Counted from the stretch's first letter, positions 1 to 9,865 are shown. The stretch is DNA of 64,000 nucleotides from Vulcanimicrobiota bacterium (GCA_963786105.1 CAWAXX010000013.1:1-64000), one strand, 5' to 3'. Numbers and translations: made by a program. The notes: generated from the letters alone by a model not told the origin.

Positions 1-10
1 CGCCGCGCCG

Positions 11-1363
11 ATGACGCTCTTCGACGAAGTGGGTGTACCGCTTCCCGTTCGAACGGTTCGCGAGTTCACGAACGGTCTCGCTTCGTGGTTTGTATCCAAG
101 AACTGGCTGCAGCGGATCGGCATTTCCGGTGAGGTTTCGGGGTTGCACGAGTTCGGCAACGGTCACCTCGGCTTTACGCTGAAAGAAGAGCAGGCCGTTC
201 TGGAGTGTATTGCCTGGTCCGATCGGCGTCGCGACCTGCCCGAGTTCAAAAACGGAGTAGCCGTCGTTGCCATTGGAAGCGTTCGAATCCGGCCGGATCG
301 CAGCGGGTATCAACTGTTAGTCGATTCGGTCGAACTCACCGGTTTCGGCGAACTGTTCCTGAAATACGAGCGCCTTAAGGAGAAGTTCAAAAGCGAAGGC
401 CTCTTCGAGCAGGCGCGGAAACGCAGCGTTCCGGAACTGCCACGTCGCATTGCGCTGATCTCGGCGCGTGGAAAGGCTCACCAAGACTTCGTCGAAACGT
501 TGGAGAGAAGCGTTCCGTTCGTAGAAGTGCTCTTTATCGAAACGCGCGTCCAAGGCGTCGGCGCCGAAATCGACATTGCCGTCGCTATCGATAGCGCCTC
601 CAACCGCAATGTCGACGCAATCGTGCTCACACGCGGCGGCGGCTCGTACGAAGACCTCTTTCCTTTCAACCTAGAATCCGTGATTCGTGCGATCGTGCGC
701 GCGAAGTCGCCGGTGCTCACCGCCATCGGTCATTCCGGCGATCACCACCTGGCCGACGGCGTAGCCGACCGGTCCTTCGGCACGCCGTCGCTGGTAGCGG
801 AGTTCATCGCCAAAGGATGGCTGCTTGCGGGACGGCGTCTCCAAACGGCCCAGCGGGATCTCGAGCGCGCAGTTCGCGAGGCGGTTCTTCGTGGGGAACA
901 ACGCTTGGAGACTGGTCGCAGCGAGCTCGAGCGGGCCGGCCTGCGGATCGCCGGCGCAAAGCGGGCGTCGTTGGCAACTCGCGTCACGCGCCTCGAACGG
1001 CTCAATCCACAACGCACGCTGGCCGACTTTCGCACGCGGCTCGCGCAGGGAAGCGGGCGTCTCGATACCGCCGCCACGCGACTCGTTTCGAATAGACAGC
1101 GCGTGTGGGGAGCGACGCGCGAACGGCTCGACCGGGCGGTTACCGCGGTCCAGACGAACGCCGCAAGCCGTCTCGCGCGGCGGCAAGCCGCACTCGATCG
1201 GTGCGATCCGCTGGCGCCGCTCGCGCGCGGCTACGCCATCGTCACGACGAACGGTGCCTTTGTGCGTAACGCGGCGGCGTTACATCCCGGCGATCCGATC
1301 GAGGCGCGTCTCGAACGCGGGATGCTCGCCGCCCGCGTTGAATCGGTGTCCCACGATGACTGA
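11..1363 (+). CDS. xseA: Exodeoxyribonuclease VII large subunit
   Basis: N-terminal OB-fold (ISGEVSG..GHLGFTLKE), RGGGSYEDL and AIGH motifs, LARGYAIV C-terminus; followed by xseB. Confidence 0.95.
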   Translation: MTLFDEVGVPLPVRTVREFTNGLASWFVSKNWLQRIGISGEVSGLHEFGNGHLGFTLKEEQAVLECIAWSDRRRDLPEFKNGVAVVAIGSVRIRPDRSGYQLLVDSVELTGFGELFLKYERLKEKFKSEGLFEQARKRSVPELPRRIALISARGKAHQDFVETLERSVPFVEVLFIETRVQGVGAEIDIAVAIDSASNRNVDAIVLTRGGGSYEDLFPFNLESVIRAIVRAKSPVLTAIGHSGDHHLADGVADRSFGTPSLVAEFIAKGWLLAGRRLQTAQRDLERAVREAVLRGEQRLETGRSELERAGLRIAGAKRASLATRVTRLERLNPQRTLADFRTRLAQGSGRLDTAATRLVSNRQRVWGATRERLDRAVTAVQTNAASRLARRQAALDRCDPLAPLARGYAIVTTNGAFVRNAAALHPGDPIEARLERGMLAARVESVSHDD

Positions 1364-1565
1364 CGTACTCCCGCAGACTTTCGAAGCGAAGCTCGCGCGC
1401 ATCGACGCCATCGTGAAGGAGCTCGAAGGCGGATCGGTCGAGTTGCAGCGCGCCACCGAGCTTTTCAAAGAAGGCAAGACGTTGACGCGCGACTGCGAGG
1501 CGCTCCTAAAGGTCGCTCAGGAGCAGATCGACCGCGCATCGCGCGAAGAATCGCCGCCGGGTTAA
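1356..1565 (+). CDS. xseB: Exodeoxyribonuclease VII small subunit
   Basis: ATG at 1356 inside ORF 825..1565; FEAKLARIDAIVKELEGGSVELQRATELFKEG matches the XseB pattern; overlaps the xseA stop. Confidence 0.93.
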   Translation: MTDVLPQTFEAKLARIDAIVKELEGGSVELQRATELFKEGKTLTRDCEALLKVAQEQIDRASREESPPG

Positions 1566-1577
1566 ACGTTTTCCGCG

Positions 1578-2366
1578 ATGGGCCGATCGCTTCGGCTGGA
1601 TGAGGCGGTGGCGGAGCAGACCGGAATGACGCGGTCGCAGGCACGTAGCTTGATCATGGAAGGGCGGGTGCGCGTAGACGGCGTCGTAGCCACCAAGGCC
1701 GGGCAAAGCGCCAAAGCCTCGGCGACGATTGAAGTCGAGCGTCCGCGCCGCTTCGTTAGCCGCGGCGGTGAAAAACTCGATCGCGCGCTCGACGAGTTCG
1801 GGATCGACGCTTCGGGATTAGCGGCACTCGATGTCGGTGCTTCGACCGGCGGATTCACGGACTGTTTGCTGCAGCGTGGGGCGGCCCACGTCACCGCCGT
1901 CGACGTCGGCTACGGTCAACTGGAGTGGCGATTGCGTAACGACGCACGCGTGCGCGTCATGGAACGCACGAACTTTCGTCTGCTCGGCGACGACGCGTTT
2001 GCCGACGGCTTCGATATCATCGTTATCGACGCTTCGTTCATTTCGGTGCGCACCATCGTCGGACGAGCGCGTAGCTACCTCCGGCCGCACGGCGCGATCG
2101 TCGCCCTGGTGAAGCCGCAGTTCGAGGCGGGACGCGAACGGGTGGGAGGCGGCGGGGTCGTGCGCGACGCGGACGTCCATCGAGCGGTACTGCGCGACGT
2201 TCGCGACGCGGTAGCTAAACTGGGGCTCGCGCCGGTGGCGCTGACCGCTTCACCGCTGCGCGGACCGGCTGGAAACCGCGAATTCTTCATGGAGCTTCGC
2301 CACCGGGGCGTTTCGTTCGACGACGCACGAATCGACGACGTCCTCGCCGAAACAACCGGTCGATGA
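1578..2366 (+). CDS. tlyA: TlyA-family rRNA 2'-O-methyltransferase (S4 + FtsJ domains)
   Basis: FVSRGGEKL, LDVGASTGGFTDCLLQRGA, LVKPQFEAG, GPAGNREF motifs. Confidence 0.95.
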   Translation: MGRSLRLDEAVAEQTGMTRSQARSLIMEGRVRVDGVVATKAGQSAKASATIEVERPRRFVSRGGEKLDRALDEFGIDASGLAALDVGASTGGFTDCLLQRGAAHVTAVDVGYGQLEWRLRNDARVRVMERTNFRLLGDDAFADGFDIIVIDASFISVRTIVGRARSYLRPHGAIVALVKPQFEAGRERVGGGGVVRDADVHRAVLRDVRDAVAKLGLAPVALTASPLRGPAGNREFFMELRHRGVSFDDARIDDVLAETTGR

Positions 2367-3238
2367 CCTCGACGGTAGCCATCCAAAAGAAACTCGTTGC
2401 CCTCTACGTCGACGTAGCCCGCGAACACGCGCGAACGATTGCTACCCGGCTCACCGCGGCCTTTCGCGCTCACGGCTTTGGGGTTGCCCTGTATTGCGGC
2501 CAGCACGAGGCGCTTCGCATCGAAGACGACGGCAGCGCCGTCGAGGATTCGTCGCTGCTCGTCACCGTCGGCGGCGACGGAACGCTGCTGCGGGCCGCGC
2601 GTCAGGCGGTCGACCGCGACGTTCCTCTTCTCGGGATCAATACCGGCAGGCTGGGATTCCTCACCGAGCTGGACGAGGACGACCCTGCAATCGACGAGCT
2701 TCCGCAGGCAGTCGAGCGCGGTCTTTATATCGAAGAGCGGGCCGCATTGGAAGCCGAATACGAAAACCAGCGGTTTTTCGCCCTCAACGATGTCGTCGTT
2801 CGCAAAGGCGAAGTTTCGCGCATCGTTCCGTTCGGACTGCAGTTCGACGAAGAAGCCGTGGTCCAAATTCCGGCCGACGGGATCTGCGTTTCGACACCAA
2901 CCGGATCGACCGCCTATTTCCTTTCCGCCGGGGGGTCGATCATTTCACCGAAGGTCGATGCTTTCGGCGTGGCGCCGCTGTTGCCGCACACGCTGTTTTC
3001 AAGGCCGTTGATCGTGCCGACTACCTCTCGGATCGAAATCACGTGCGACTCGGAGATCGCGCAAGCACAACTCGAGTGCGACGGCGACGTCCTGTCGGAC
3101 GTCGCGCCGGGGTCGAGCGTTCTGATTCGCCGCCATCCGAAGCGCGTTCGCTTCGCACGCCTATCGCCGCTGCGTTTCTTCGAGCGGCTGGAAGCCAAAA
3201 TGCTGTGGGGAGTTTCCATCAAAGGCCCTCGTCGGTAG
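2363..3238 (+). CDS. nadK: NAD(+) kinase
   Basis: GGDGT, GINTGRLGFL, ALNDVV, STPTGSTAYFLSAGG motifs. Confidence 0.95.
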   Translation: MTSTVAIQKKLVALYVDVAREHARTIATRLTAAFRAHGFGVALYCGQHEALRIEDDGSAVEDSSLLVTVGGDGTLLRAARQAVDRDVPLLGINTGRLGFLTELDEDDPAIDELPQAVERGLYIEERAALEAEYENQRFFALNDVVVRKGEVSRIVPFGLQFDEEAVVQIPADGICVSTPTGSTAYFLSAGGSIISPKVDAFGVAPLLPHTLFSRPLIVPTTSRIEITCDSEIAQAQLECDGDVLSDVAPGSSVLIRRHPKRVRFARLSPLRFFERLEAKMLWGVSIKGPRR

Positions 3239-3253
3239 TGTCCTAATCCAACG

Positions 3254-4957
3254 ATGTTGCGGCGCCTGGAAATCGAGAACTACGGACTGATCGCGCGCGC
3301 CGGTATCGAGTTTGCGCGCGGGGCGACGATCTTCACGGGAGAGACGGGATCGGGAAAGACGATGCTGCTGGGAGCGCTGGGGTTCGTCCTAGGCGCCCGC
3401 GCGGGTGGCGACGCGGTGCGGCGCGACGCACCCAAGGCGACTGTCACGCTCGCATTCGACCCAAGCGCGCAATTGCGCGCCCGGCTGGCCGCCGACGACG
3501 TCGACCTCGATCCCGGTGAGGAAGCGACGATCGTACGCGAAATGAACGATGCGGGGCGCTCGAGCGTACGGTTGTGCGGCAGGCCCTCGACGGCCGCATA
3601 CGTCCGCGACGTCGCCAGTTCTATCGCCGAAATCGTCGGACAGTTCGAAGCGCAGCGGCTGCTCGCGCCCGCGTACCATCAGGAGTTGCTGGATCGTTTC
3701 GCGGGACGCGACGCGTTGCGAGCGGGCGACTCGGTCGCTCGGGCTCACGGGCAGTTGGTCGACCTCGTGCTGAGGCTCGAGCGTATACGCGGCGACGAGC
3801 ACAAGGCCCGCGAGCGCTACGGCGACGCGAACTTTGCGCTGCGTGAAATCGAAGAAGCGCGACCCGAAGCCGGTGAAGAACGACGCTTGGACGAGCGGCG
3901 GCGATATCTCGACAACCTCCAACGCATTGCCGAATCGTTGGGCCGCGCACGCGAAGCGTTGGCCGGAGACGAATCGGGTGCCATCGCGGCGTTGGGCCTC
4001 GCAAGCTCGGCGCTCGGGGGAATCGCGAACATTGGTGCGAGCCTTCGGGCGATGGCCGAGCAGGCAACGGCGTTGCAGAGTCAGGCAAACGATTTGGCCG
4101 CGAGCGTCGTAGGATCGCTCGAATCCGGCGAACTGGATCCGGGCGAACTCGACACGATCACCGCAAGGCTCGACCTGCTCGATCGTCTGAAGCGAAAGTA
4201 TGGCGGAAGCATCGAGGAGGTGCTCGCATACGCCCGTACCGCGCGCGAGGTGGTCGACGATTACGAGGGTCGCGACCGCACGACGTTGGATCTTTCCAAG
4301 AAGGTCGCTAGTGCCGAACGCGAGTTGCAAACCGCCGCGCAATCGCTGACCGCACTGCGAAAGCGGGCGGCGTCGGCGTTGGTCAAGCGTATGAGCGCGG
4401 AGTTCGCCGATCTGGCCCTTGGGTCGGCACGTTTTGAGGTTGCGCTCGAAACGCTCGAGCGCATTGGCTCCGACGGTGCCGAGCGAATCGACTTTCTCTT
4501 CGCGGCCAATGCCGGCGAACCGCTCCGCCCGCTCGCGCGCATTGCGTCCGGCGGGGAGCTGTCGCGCATGTTGCTCGCACTAGTCGTTGCGCTTTCGGAA
4601 GCGCGCGACTCGGATGCCGCGTTGGTTTTCGACGAAATAGATACCGGGATCGGCGGAACGACGGGTACGGCCGTCGGCGCACGCATCGGCCGGCTCGCGC
4701 GTGACGGTCAAGTCGTGTGCGTGACCCACCTTGCCCAACTTGCAACCTGGGCCGACCGGCATTATTTACTGGAAAAGAGCGAACGCGGGAAAGTTACCAC
4801 CATCGCGGTGCGCGAAATCTCCGGCGCCGCCGCGCGCGAAGCGGAACTGGCGCGCATGCTTTCGGGTGAAACGCACGACGTCGCGCTCAAACACGCGCGA
4901 ACGTTGCTCCAGCGGGCGCATCAACCCGAGCGGAATGGCCCCACGATTCCTAGCTGA
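3254..4957 (+). CDS. recN: DNA repair protein RecN
   Basis: TGETGSGKT Walker A, coiled coil, ASGGELSR signature, FDEID Walker B, VTHLAQLA. Confidence 0.95.
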   Translation: MLRRLEIENYGLIARAGIEFARGATIFTGETGSGKTMLLGALGFVLGARAGGDAVRRDAPKATVTLAFDPSAQLRARLAADDVDLDPGEEATIVREMNDAGRSSVRLCGRPSTAAYVRDVASSIAEIVGQFEAQRLLAPAYHQELLDRFAGRDALRAGDSVARAHGQLVDLVLRLERIRGDEHKARERYGDANFALREIEEARPEAGEERRLDERRRYLDNLQRIAESLGRAREALAGDESGAIAALGLASSALGGIANIGASLRAMAEQATALQSQANDLAASVVGSLESGELDPGELDTITARLDLLDRLKRKYGGSIEEVLAYARTAREVVDDYEGRDRTTLDLSKKVASAERELQTAAQSLTALRKRAASALVKRMSAEFADLALGSARFEVALETLERIGSDGAERIDFLFAANAGEPLRPLARIASGGELSRMLLALVVALSEARDSDAALVFDEIDTGIGGTTGTAVGARIGRLARDGQVVCVTHLAQLATWADRHYLLEKSERGKVTTIAVREISGAAAREAELARMLSGETHDVALKHARTLLQRAHQPERNGPTIPS

Positions 4958-6383
4958 TTTGGTGGATCTTCAACACGTTCGTTCCGCCTGCACCGACCGG
5001 CATGCCGGTGGTGAACGCAATCAAATCGCCGGAACTGACGAGTCCCGCTCGCACCATTTCGCGCTCGGTCATGTAGAGAAGAACGTCGATCGAGTTGTAC
5101 GCGTCGATCAACACCGATTCGGTGCCCCACACCAACGCGAGGCGGCGCGCGACGACGGGGTCGGGGGTAAGTGCGATGATGCGCGCCTGCGGCCGGAAGG
5201 CCGCGATGTGGTGCGCGGTGTTGCCCGTGGTGGTTCCGGTGACGATGTAGGGAATTTCGAGTTCGGCGCTAGCGCGCGTTGCCGCCTCGGCAATCGACGC
5301 CGCCACTGCGGGTTCGGAGTCTTCCAGACGCCGGTCGCGCAGGGCGGGATGCGGATAGGCCTTTTCCGCCTCGCGGGCGATTTCGGCCATCATCCGCACC
5401 GCTTCGGTAGGATATTTGCCGATGGCCGTCTCGCCGGATAGCATCACCGCGTCGGTGCCGTCGAGAATGGCGTTGGCAACGTCGGTAGCCTCGGCGCGAG
5501 TTGGGCGCGACGAAGCGATCATCGATTCGAGCATTTGGGTAGCGGTGACGACCGGCTTGCTCGCACGATTGCACTCGGCGATGATGCGTTTTTGCACGAT
5601 GGGAACGGTCGCGATCGGGATCTCGATGCCGAGATCGCCGCGCGCGACCATGATGCCGTCGGCCGCCTTGATGATGTTGGTCAGATCGTCAAGCGCCTCG
5701 TGCTTTTCGATCTTCGCAATCACCGGCACGTGCTTGCCGTGCTGGGTGATGAACGCCTTGGCACGCACCACATCGTCGGCGCTCCGGACGAACGAAAGCG
5801 CGACGAAGTCAACGCCGCTTTCAAGGCCGAACGCGAGATACTCGAGATCGCGGTCGGTGACGGCCGCGACGTTGAGCGTGCCGTCGGGATAATTGATCCC
5901 CTGAGTCGAGCGAAGGTCGCCGCCGAATTCGACGATCGTTTCGATCTCGGTCGCAGTTTTGCCGACGATCCTCAACGTGATCTGGCCGTCTTGCAGGTAG
6001 ATCCGGTTACCGATCGCCACGTCTGCCGGTAAATCGCGATAGCTGGTGCCGACGCGTTCGTGCGTTCCCGGAACGTCGTCGACGGTGACGACGAAACGCG
6101 CGCCGCGCTCCAGGCGCACCGACGACAATCCCTCGGCGAGTATGCCGGTGCGAACCTTAGGACCCGGCAGATCTTGCAGTAGCGCGGTGTGGATGCCGAG
6201 TTCCGCCGATATCGCGCGAGCGGTGCGAATCACTTCGGCATGCTCGTCGGGAGTGCCGTGGGAGAAATTTAAACGGATAACGTTCGCACCGCACACGAAC
6301 AGGGAACGCATGATCGCCGGGTCGCGCGACGCCGGCCCGATCGTCGCTACGATTTTCGTCCGCTTTTGAATGATCGATTCCAT
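4950..6383 (-). CDS. pyk: Pyruvate kinase
   Basis: RTKIVATIGPAS, RLNFSHG, IAKIEK, MVARGDLGIE, TATQMLESM, MLSGETA motifs. Confidence 0.97.
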   Translation of the reverse strand: MESIIQKRTKIVATIGPASRDPAIMRSLFVCGANVIRLNFSHGTPDEHAEVIRTARAISAELGIHTALLQDLPGPKVRTGILAEGLSSVRLERGARFVVTVDDVPGTHERVGTSYRDLPADVAIGNRIYLQDGQITLRIVGKTATEIETIVEFGGDLRSTQGINYPDGTLNVAAVTDRDLEYLAFGLESGVDFVALSFVRSADDVVRAKAFITQHGKHVPVIAKIEKHEALDDLTNIIKAADGIMVARGDLGIEIPIATVPIVQKRIIAECNRASKPVVTATQMLESMIASSRPTRAEATDVANAILDGTDAVMLSGETAIGKYPTEAVRMMAEIAREAEKAYPHPALRDRRLEDSEPAVAASIAEAATRASAELEIPYIVTGTTTGNTAHHIAAFRPQARIIALTPDPVVARRLALVWGTESVLIDAYNSIDVLLYMTEREMVRAGLVSSGDLIAFTTGMPVGAGGTNVLKIHQIS

Positions 6384-6454
6384 GGGAGCAGTTCCGCTTG
6401 CGCGATAGCGGAGGAAGGCTCCTGCGAATCTTTAAGCGCAGTTAACGTACGAAA

Positions 6455-7804
6455 GTGATCGAGCGCGACCCTCGGGATTGGCACTATCGAGAACGCCTCG
6501 CGGCGAGCACGCTCGCATCGTTGGTATTGCACGCGCTTCTCGCGCTGCTGCTCGTGAGCATCATCGCGAGCTCGTCTCAAGAAGGCGCAACCGAGAACGT
6601 CGAGGGTGGATCGATCGTGACGCTCGAGCGTCGAACGCCGGCAGTCGTCGCCAATCAGCCGGCAGCCGCTCACGTCGCGCTGCCGATCGTCCACGTACCG
6701 CGCATCGCACCGGTACGCCACGCTGCGCTCGCGCAGCCGCAGACGCAACGGCTCCCGCGGAATCGGCACGAGTTGGTGCACGAGATGCCGAGCGCGCCGC
6801 CGAATCCGCGCCCGCTTCCACAGCAAACCGTGCAGCCTAACCCGCAGCCGACGCAAAACGTATACGAGGTTCATCCGCGCGCCGAGTTGCCCGCCGCCCC
6901 GGCGAGCGTTCCGACGGTAGCCCCGGTCGCCGTCGCGCTGAAGATTACGGCGAGTGCCGCGCCTTCGCCGGCGCCGACCGCCGTAGCGACCGCGCCGCGC
7001 TCGCCGAAGCCGAGCGTTCCCACCGCGGCGCCAACATCCCGCGCAACCCCCGCGCCGGTCTCCAGCGTCGCGCCTAGCACGGCTCCGGTGGCGGTGCGCG
7101 CCAGCGCGGTTCCGAGCGCGTCCCCAGCGCCTGCCTCGCATGCGTCGGCGCCGCCCGCTCCGCGCTCGGGCGTCCCGAGTCCGAGCGCCACGGCAGTGGC
7201 GGCGGTCTCAAAAACGGCAGGCTCCGCTGCCAGCCCCGGTCCCAAAGGTGTCGGCTCCCCCGGACCTCGCGCCGGCACCGGGCCGAAAACTGAGGCAGCT
7301 CCGGCGCGGCCGATCGAGCTGCGCCCGACTCCCTCACCGGCTCCCCGCGCCACCAAAGTGCCGTCGACGCCGCCGAACATCAACGCCAAACTACGATCGC
7401 TGTTGCCCAACAATCCGGTGAATCCGAAGAGCAAGGAGTACACCCCCGAAATCTCTTTGCATGGGTCGCTCGAGCCCACCCCGCCTCCGAACATTCTGGC
7501 GCAAACGAAGTACCTGTATCACTCGCGGCCTGGCGGAAGCGAAGAGCGCGTCGAGATGTGGGTGACCTCGATTCGCAAGGCCGGAATAACCACGATGTGC
7601 ACCGGGTGGCTCGTCCGGTACCCGTTTAATGCGCCGGCGCCGCACGCTGGCGATTTCGCACCGGCAAACGGCACGCAGGTAACCGTCGGGGGCGGCCGAG
7701 GCACACCGGCGGTGCTTCCGCCGGTCGTCGAAGGCGTGGTCACCGAAGCCTGTGAGGGGCGGCTCCTGGTGCCGTACGCGCCGTTGCCTGCTCCGTCGCC
7801 GTGA
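6455..7804 (+). CDS. Pro/Ala-rich membrane-anchored protein, TonB/TolA-like architecture
   Basis: N-terminal TM with SLVLH (SxxxH) motif, long Pro/Ala/Ser linker, small globular C-terminal domain with two Cys. Confidence 0.7.
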   Translation: MIERDPRDWHYRERLAASTLASLVLHALLALLLVSIIASSSQEGATENVEGGSIVTLERRTPAVVANQPAAAHVALPIVHVPRIAPVRHAALAQPQTQRLPRNRHELVHEMPSAPPNPRPLPQQTVQPNPQPTQNVYEVHPRAELPAAPASVPTVAPVAVALKITASAAPSPAPTAVATAPRSPKPSVPTAAPTSRATPAPVSSVAPSTAPVAVRASAVPSASPAPASHASAPPAPRSGVPSPSATAVAAVSKTAGSAASPGPKGVGSPGPRAGTGPKTEAAPARPIELRPTPSPAPRATKVPSTPPNINAKLRSLLPNNPVNPKSKEYTPEISLHGSLEPTPPPNILAQTKYLYHSRPGGSEERVEMWVTSIRKAGITTMCTGWLVRYPFNAPAPHAGDFAPANGTQVTVGGGRGTPAVLPPVVEGVVTEACEGRLLVPYAPLPAPSP

Positions 7805-7821
7805 GAGGCCGGCTTTCCCGC

Positions 7822-7850
7822 TTGAGTTCCGACATTCGTCGCACTACAAT
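7822..7850 (+). promoter_or_regulatory. Sigma70-type promoter for the candidate ncRNA
   Basis: TTGAGT (7822-7827), 17-nt spacer, TACAAT (7845-7850). Confidence 0.6.
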
Positions 7851-7856
7851 TAGCTT

Positions 7857-8072
7857 TGCCGATGAGGCACACTTCGTCTAACGAAGGAGGGCGGTTGGAA
7901 CCGCAAGATCCACCGGGCTATCGAGCCAGCGAAGGACGCGCCAGATAGCGGGCTGCACGAAAAGCGCCCACGCAAGCCGGACGATTGCCGGCGGCGCGCG
8001 ATCGCAAACGTACGAAAAGAACAGACGGTGAGGGGCCGCGCCCACGTGGGGTTGCGGCCCGTCGCTGTTTTC
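7857..8072 (+). ncRNA. Candidate structured small RNA (6S-like rod followed by a terminal hairpin)
   Basis: Nested helices on one diagonal (7858-61/7992-95, 7866-69/7986-89, 7874-79/7979-84, 7889-93/7965-69, 7917-22/7944-49, 7929-31/7937-39); own promoter; GC hairpin 8033-8060 followed by a T-rich tract; no convincing CDS. Confidence 0.5.
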
Positions 8073-8080
8073 GCTATCAT
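8052..8080 (+). promoter_or_regulatory. Sigma70-type promoter of the rimP-nusA-infB operon
   Basis: TTGCGG (8052-8057), 17-nt spacer, TATCAT (8075-8080). Confidence 0.55.
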
Positions 8081-8095
8081 GGGGTTCGGTAATCA

Positions 8096-8120
8096 GGAGC
8101 GTGGGCAGGTCCCGCGCTTC
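8096..8120 (+). promoter_or_regulatory. rimP-leader-like hairpin
   Basis: GGAGCGTGGG-CAGGT-CCCGCGCTTC 10-bp stem directly upstream of rimP, where the conserved rimP leader occurs. Confidence 0.6.
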
Positions 8121-8151
8121 GTTGTTCTTAGGACTCTATCAGGTAATAGGC

Positions 8152-8676
8152 GTGAGTGAGCTGCAGGGAGTTTTCGAGCGTGAGCTGGAGGCGATCGCAC
8201 ACGACAAAGCATCGTATCCGGAGCTCGAGATCGTCGCGCATCGCGCTCGAGTCGCGCGCGGAACGACGGCATTTGGCGTGACGATCGATCGTCCCGGCGG
8301 CGTCGATCTCGAGTTGTGCGAACGCATCGCGGCGCGGCTCAACGCGTTGCTCGAAACGCAAGCCGCGCCGTATAGTTTGGAAGTCGAATCCGCGGGCTTG
8401 GAACGGCCGCTGGTGCGTCCGGCGGACTACACGCGATTCGCCGGCAATAACGCGCGCATCGTGACGACCCTGACGGTCAACGGTATGAAGACGCACCGCG
8501 GCACGTTGCGGGGAGTGCGCGGCGGGTCGGTCATACTGGACACGCCCGCCGGCGAGCTGCCGCTGCCGATCGAGACGATAAAATCCGCCAACTTGGAATA
8601 CGATCCGCGAGCGGATCTGCTACGTAACAAACAACAACGGAAGAGGTCCCATGCCGGCCACAGACACGGTAACTGA
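8152..8676 (+). CDS. rimP: Ribosome maturation factor RimP
   Basis: IDRPGGVDLELCERI, YSLEVESAGLERPL motifs; GTG at 8152 preferred over 8101; precedes nusA. Confidence 0.93.
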   Translation: MSELQGVFERELEAIAHDKASYPELEIVAHRARVARGTTAFGVTIDRPGGVDLELCERIAARLNALLETQAAPYSLEVESAGLERPLVRPADYTRFAGNNARIVTTLTVNGMKTHRGTLRGVRGGSVILDTPAGELPLPIETIKSANLEYDPRADLLRNKQQRKRSHAGHRHGN

Positions 8677-9865
8677 CGAGAAACTCATCGACGTCCTTCA
8701 ATTCATCGCGAAGGAGCGCAACATTCCGTTCGAGATGCTGCTCGAGGCGCTCGAGGCGGCATTGCTGACGGCGTACAAACGGCACTTCGGCAGTGAGTCG
8801 AACGCGATCGTCACGGTCGATCGCCAAAGCGGCGCGTACAAGGTGTACCATCGCCGTTCGATCGTCGAGGAGGTCGTCGATCCGAAGCTCGAGATGTCGG
8901 TCGCCGAAGCCAAGCCTCCGTATCAGGTCGGAGATTTTTACGATGAAGAGGTGACGCCTAAGGACTTCGGGCGGATCGCCGCACAGACCGCCAAACAGGT
9001 GATCGTTCAGCGCATCCGCGAGGCCGAGCGCGACACGGTATACAACAAGTACGTACGCAAACTCAACGACCTCGTTACCGGCACCGTGCAGCGCTACGAA
9101 CAACGTAACATGTACATCACGCTCGAAGGCCGCGACGAAGCGGTAATGTATCTCGACGAACAAGTCCCGGGTGAGTCGTATCGTATCAACGATTTCATTC
9201 GCGCTTACGTACTGGACGTCAAGAAGTCGCCGAAGGGGCCGCAAGTTATTCTCTCGCGCGTCGCCGAGGGGCTCGTGCAACGGCTCCTCGAGCTTGAGGT
9301 TCCCGAAATCGCCGACGGGACGGTCGAGATCATGGCGATCGCGCGCGATGCCGGCAGCCGGTCGAAGGTCGCCGTCAAGAGCAACCGGCCCGAGGTGGAC
9401 GCGATCGGCGCTTGTCTCGGGCCGAAATCGAGCCGCATCGCCAACGTAACCGACAACCTGCGCGGCGAGAAGGTCGACATCATTCGCTACGACGCCGACC
9501 CGGCGACGTTCATCATGAACGCACTCGCGCCGGCCAAAGTGATCGGTGTCGAGCTTTTCGAGGACGACGGCGTCGCCTTGGTCATCGTTCCCGACTATCA
9601 GTTGTCGCTGGCCATCGGCCGCGACGGCCAAAACGTTCGGCTGGCGGCCAGGCTCACCGGCTGGCGTCTCGACATTACTAGCGAAACGGAATCGAACGAG
9701 GCTCGCGAGCGCTACATGGTGGAGCGAGCCGAACGGACGTCCGAGGAGGCGCCCCCCCAGGAAGCCGAAGCCACGGTCGCACTGGACGGCGTCGACATCG
9801 ATCCCGACCTGATTCGCAAGCTCGAAGAGTTCCGTCGCGAGCGTTTGGGGTCGGAGAACGGCTAA
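8651..9865 (+). CDS. nusA: Transcription termination/antitermination factor NusA
   Basis: FGRIAAQTAKQVIVQRIREAER, S1 and KH domains, LSLAIGRDGQNVRLAARLTGW. Confidence 0.97.
   Translation: MPATDTVTDEKLIDVLQFIAKERNIPFEMLLEALEAALLTAYKRHFGSESNAIVTVDRQSGAYKVYHRRSIVEEVVDPKLEMSVAEAKPPYQVGDFYDEEVTPKDFGRIAAQTAKQVIVQRIREAERDTVYNKYVRKLNDLVTGTVQRYEQRNMYITLEGRDEAVMYLDEQVPGESYRINDFIRAYVLDVKKSPKGPQVILSRVAEGLVQRLLELEVPEIADGTVEIMAIARDAGSRSKVAVKSNRPEVDAIGACLGPKSSRIANVTDNLRGEKVDIIRYDADPATFIMNALAPAKVIGVELFEDDGVALVIVPDYQLSLAIGRDGQNVRLAARLTGWRLDITSETESNEARERYMVERAERTSEEAPPQEAEATVALDGVDIDPDLIRKLEEFRRERLGSENG

Noticed and set aside
7895..7948. 17-codon ORF (TTG start) after AAGGAGG as a leader peptide
   Set aside because: SD spacing is short (4 nt), there are no regulatory codon runs, and the region is better explained by RNA structure; not fully excluded.
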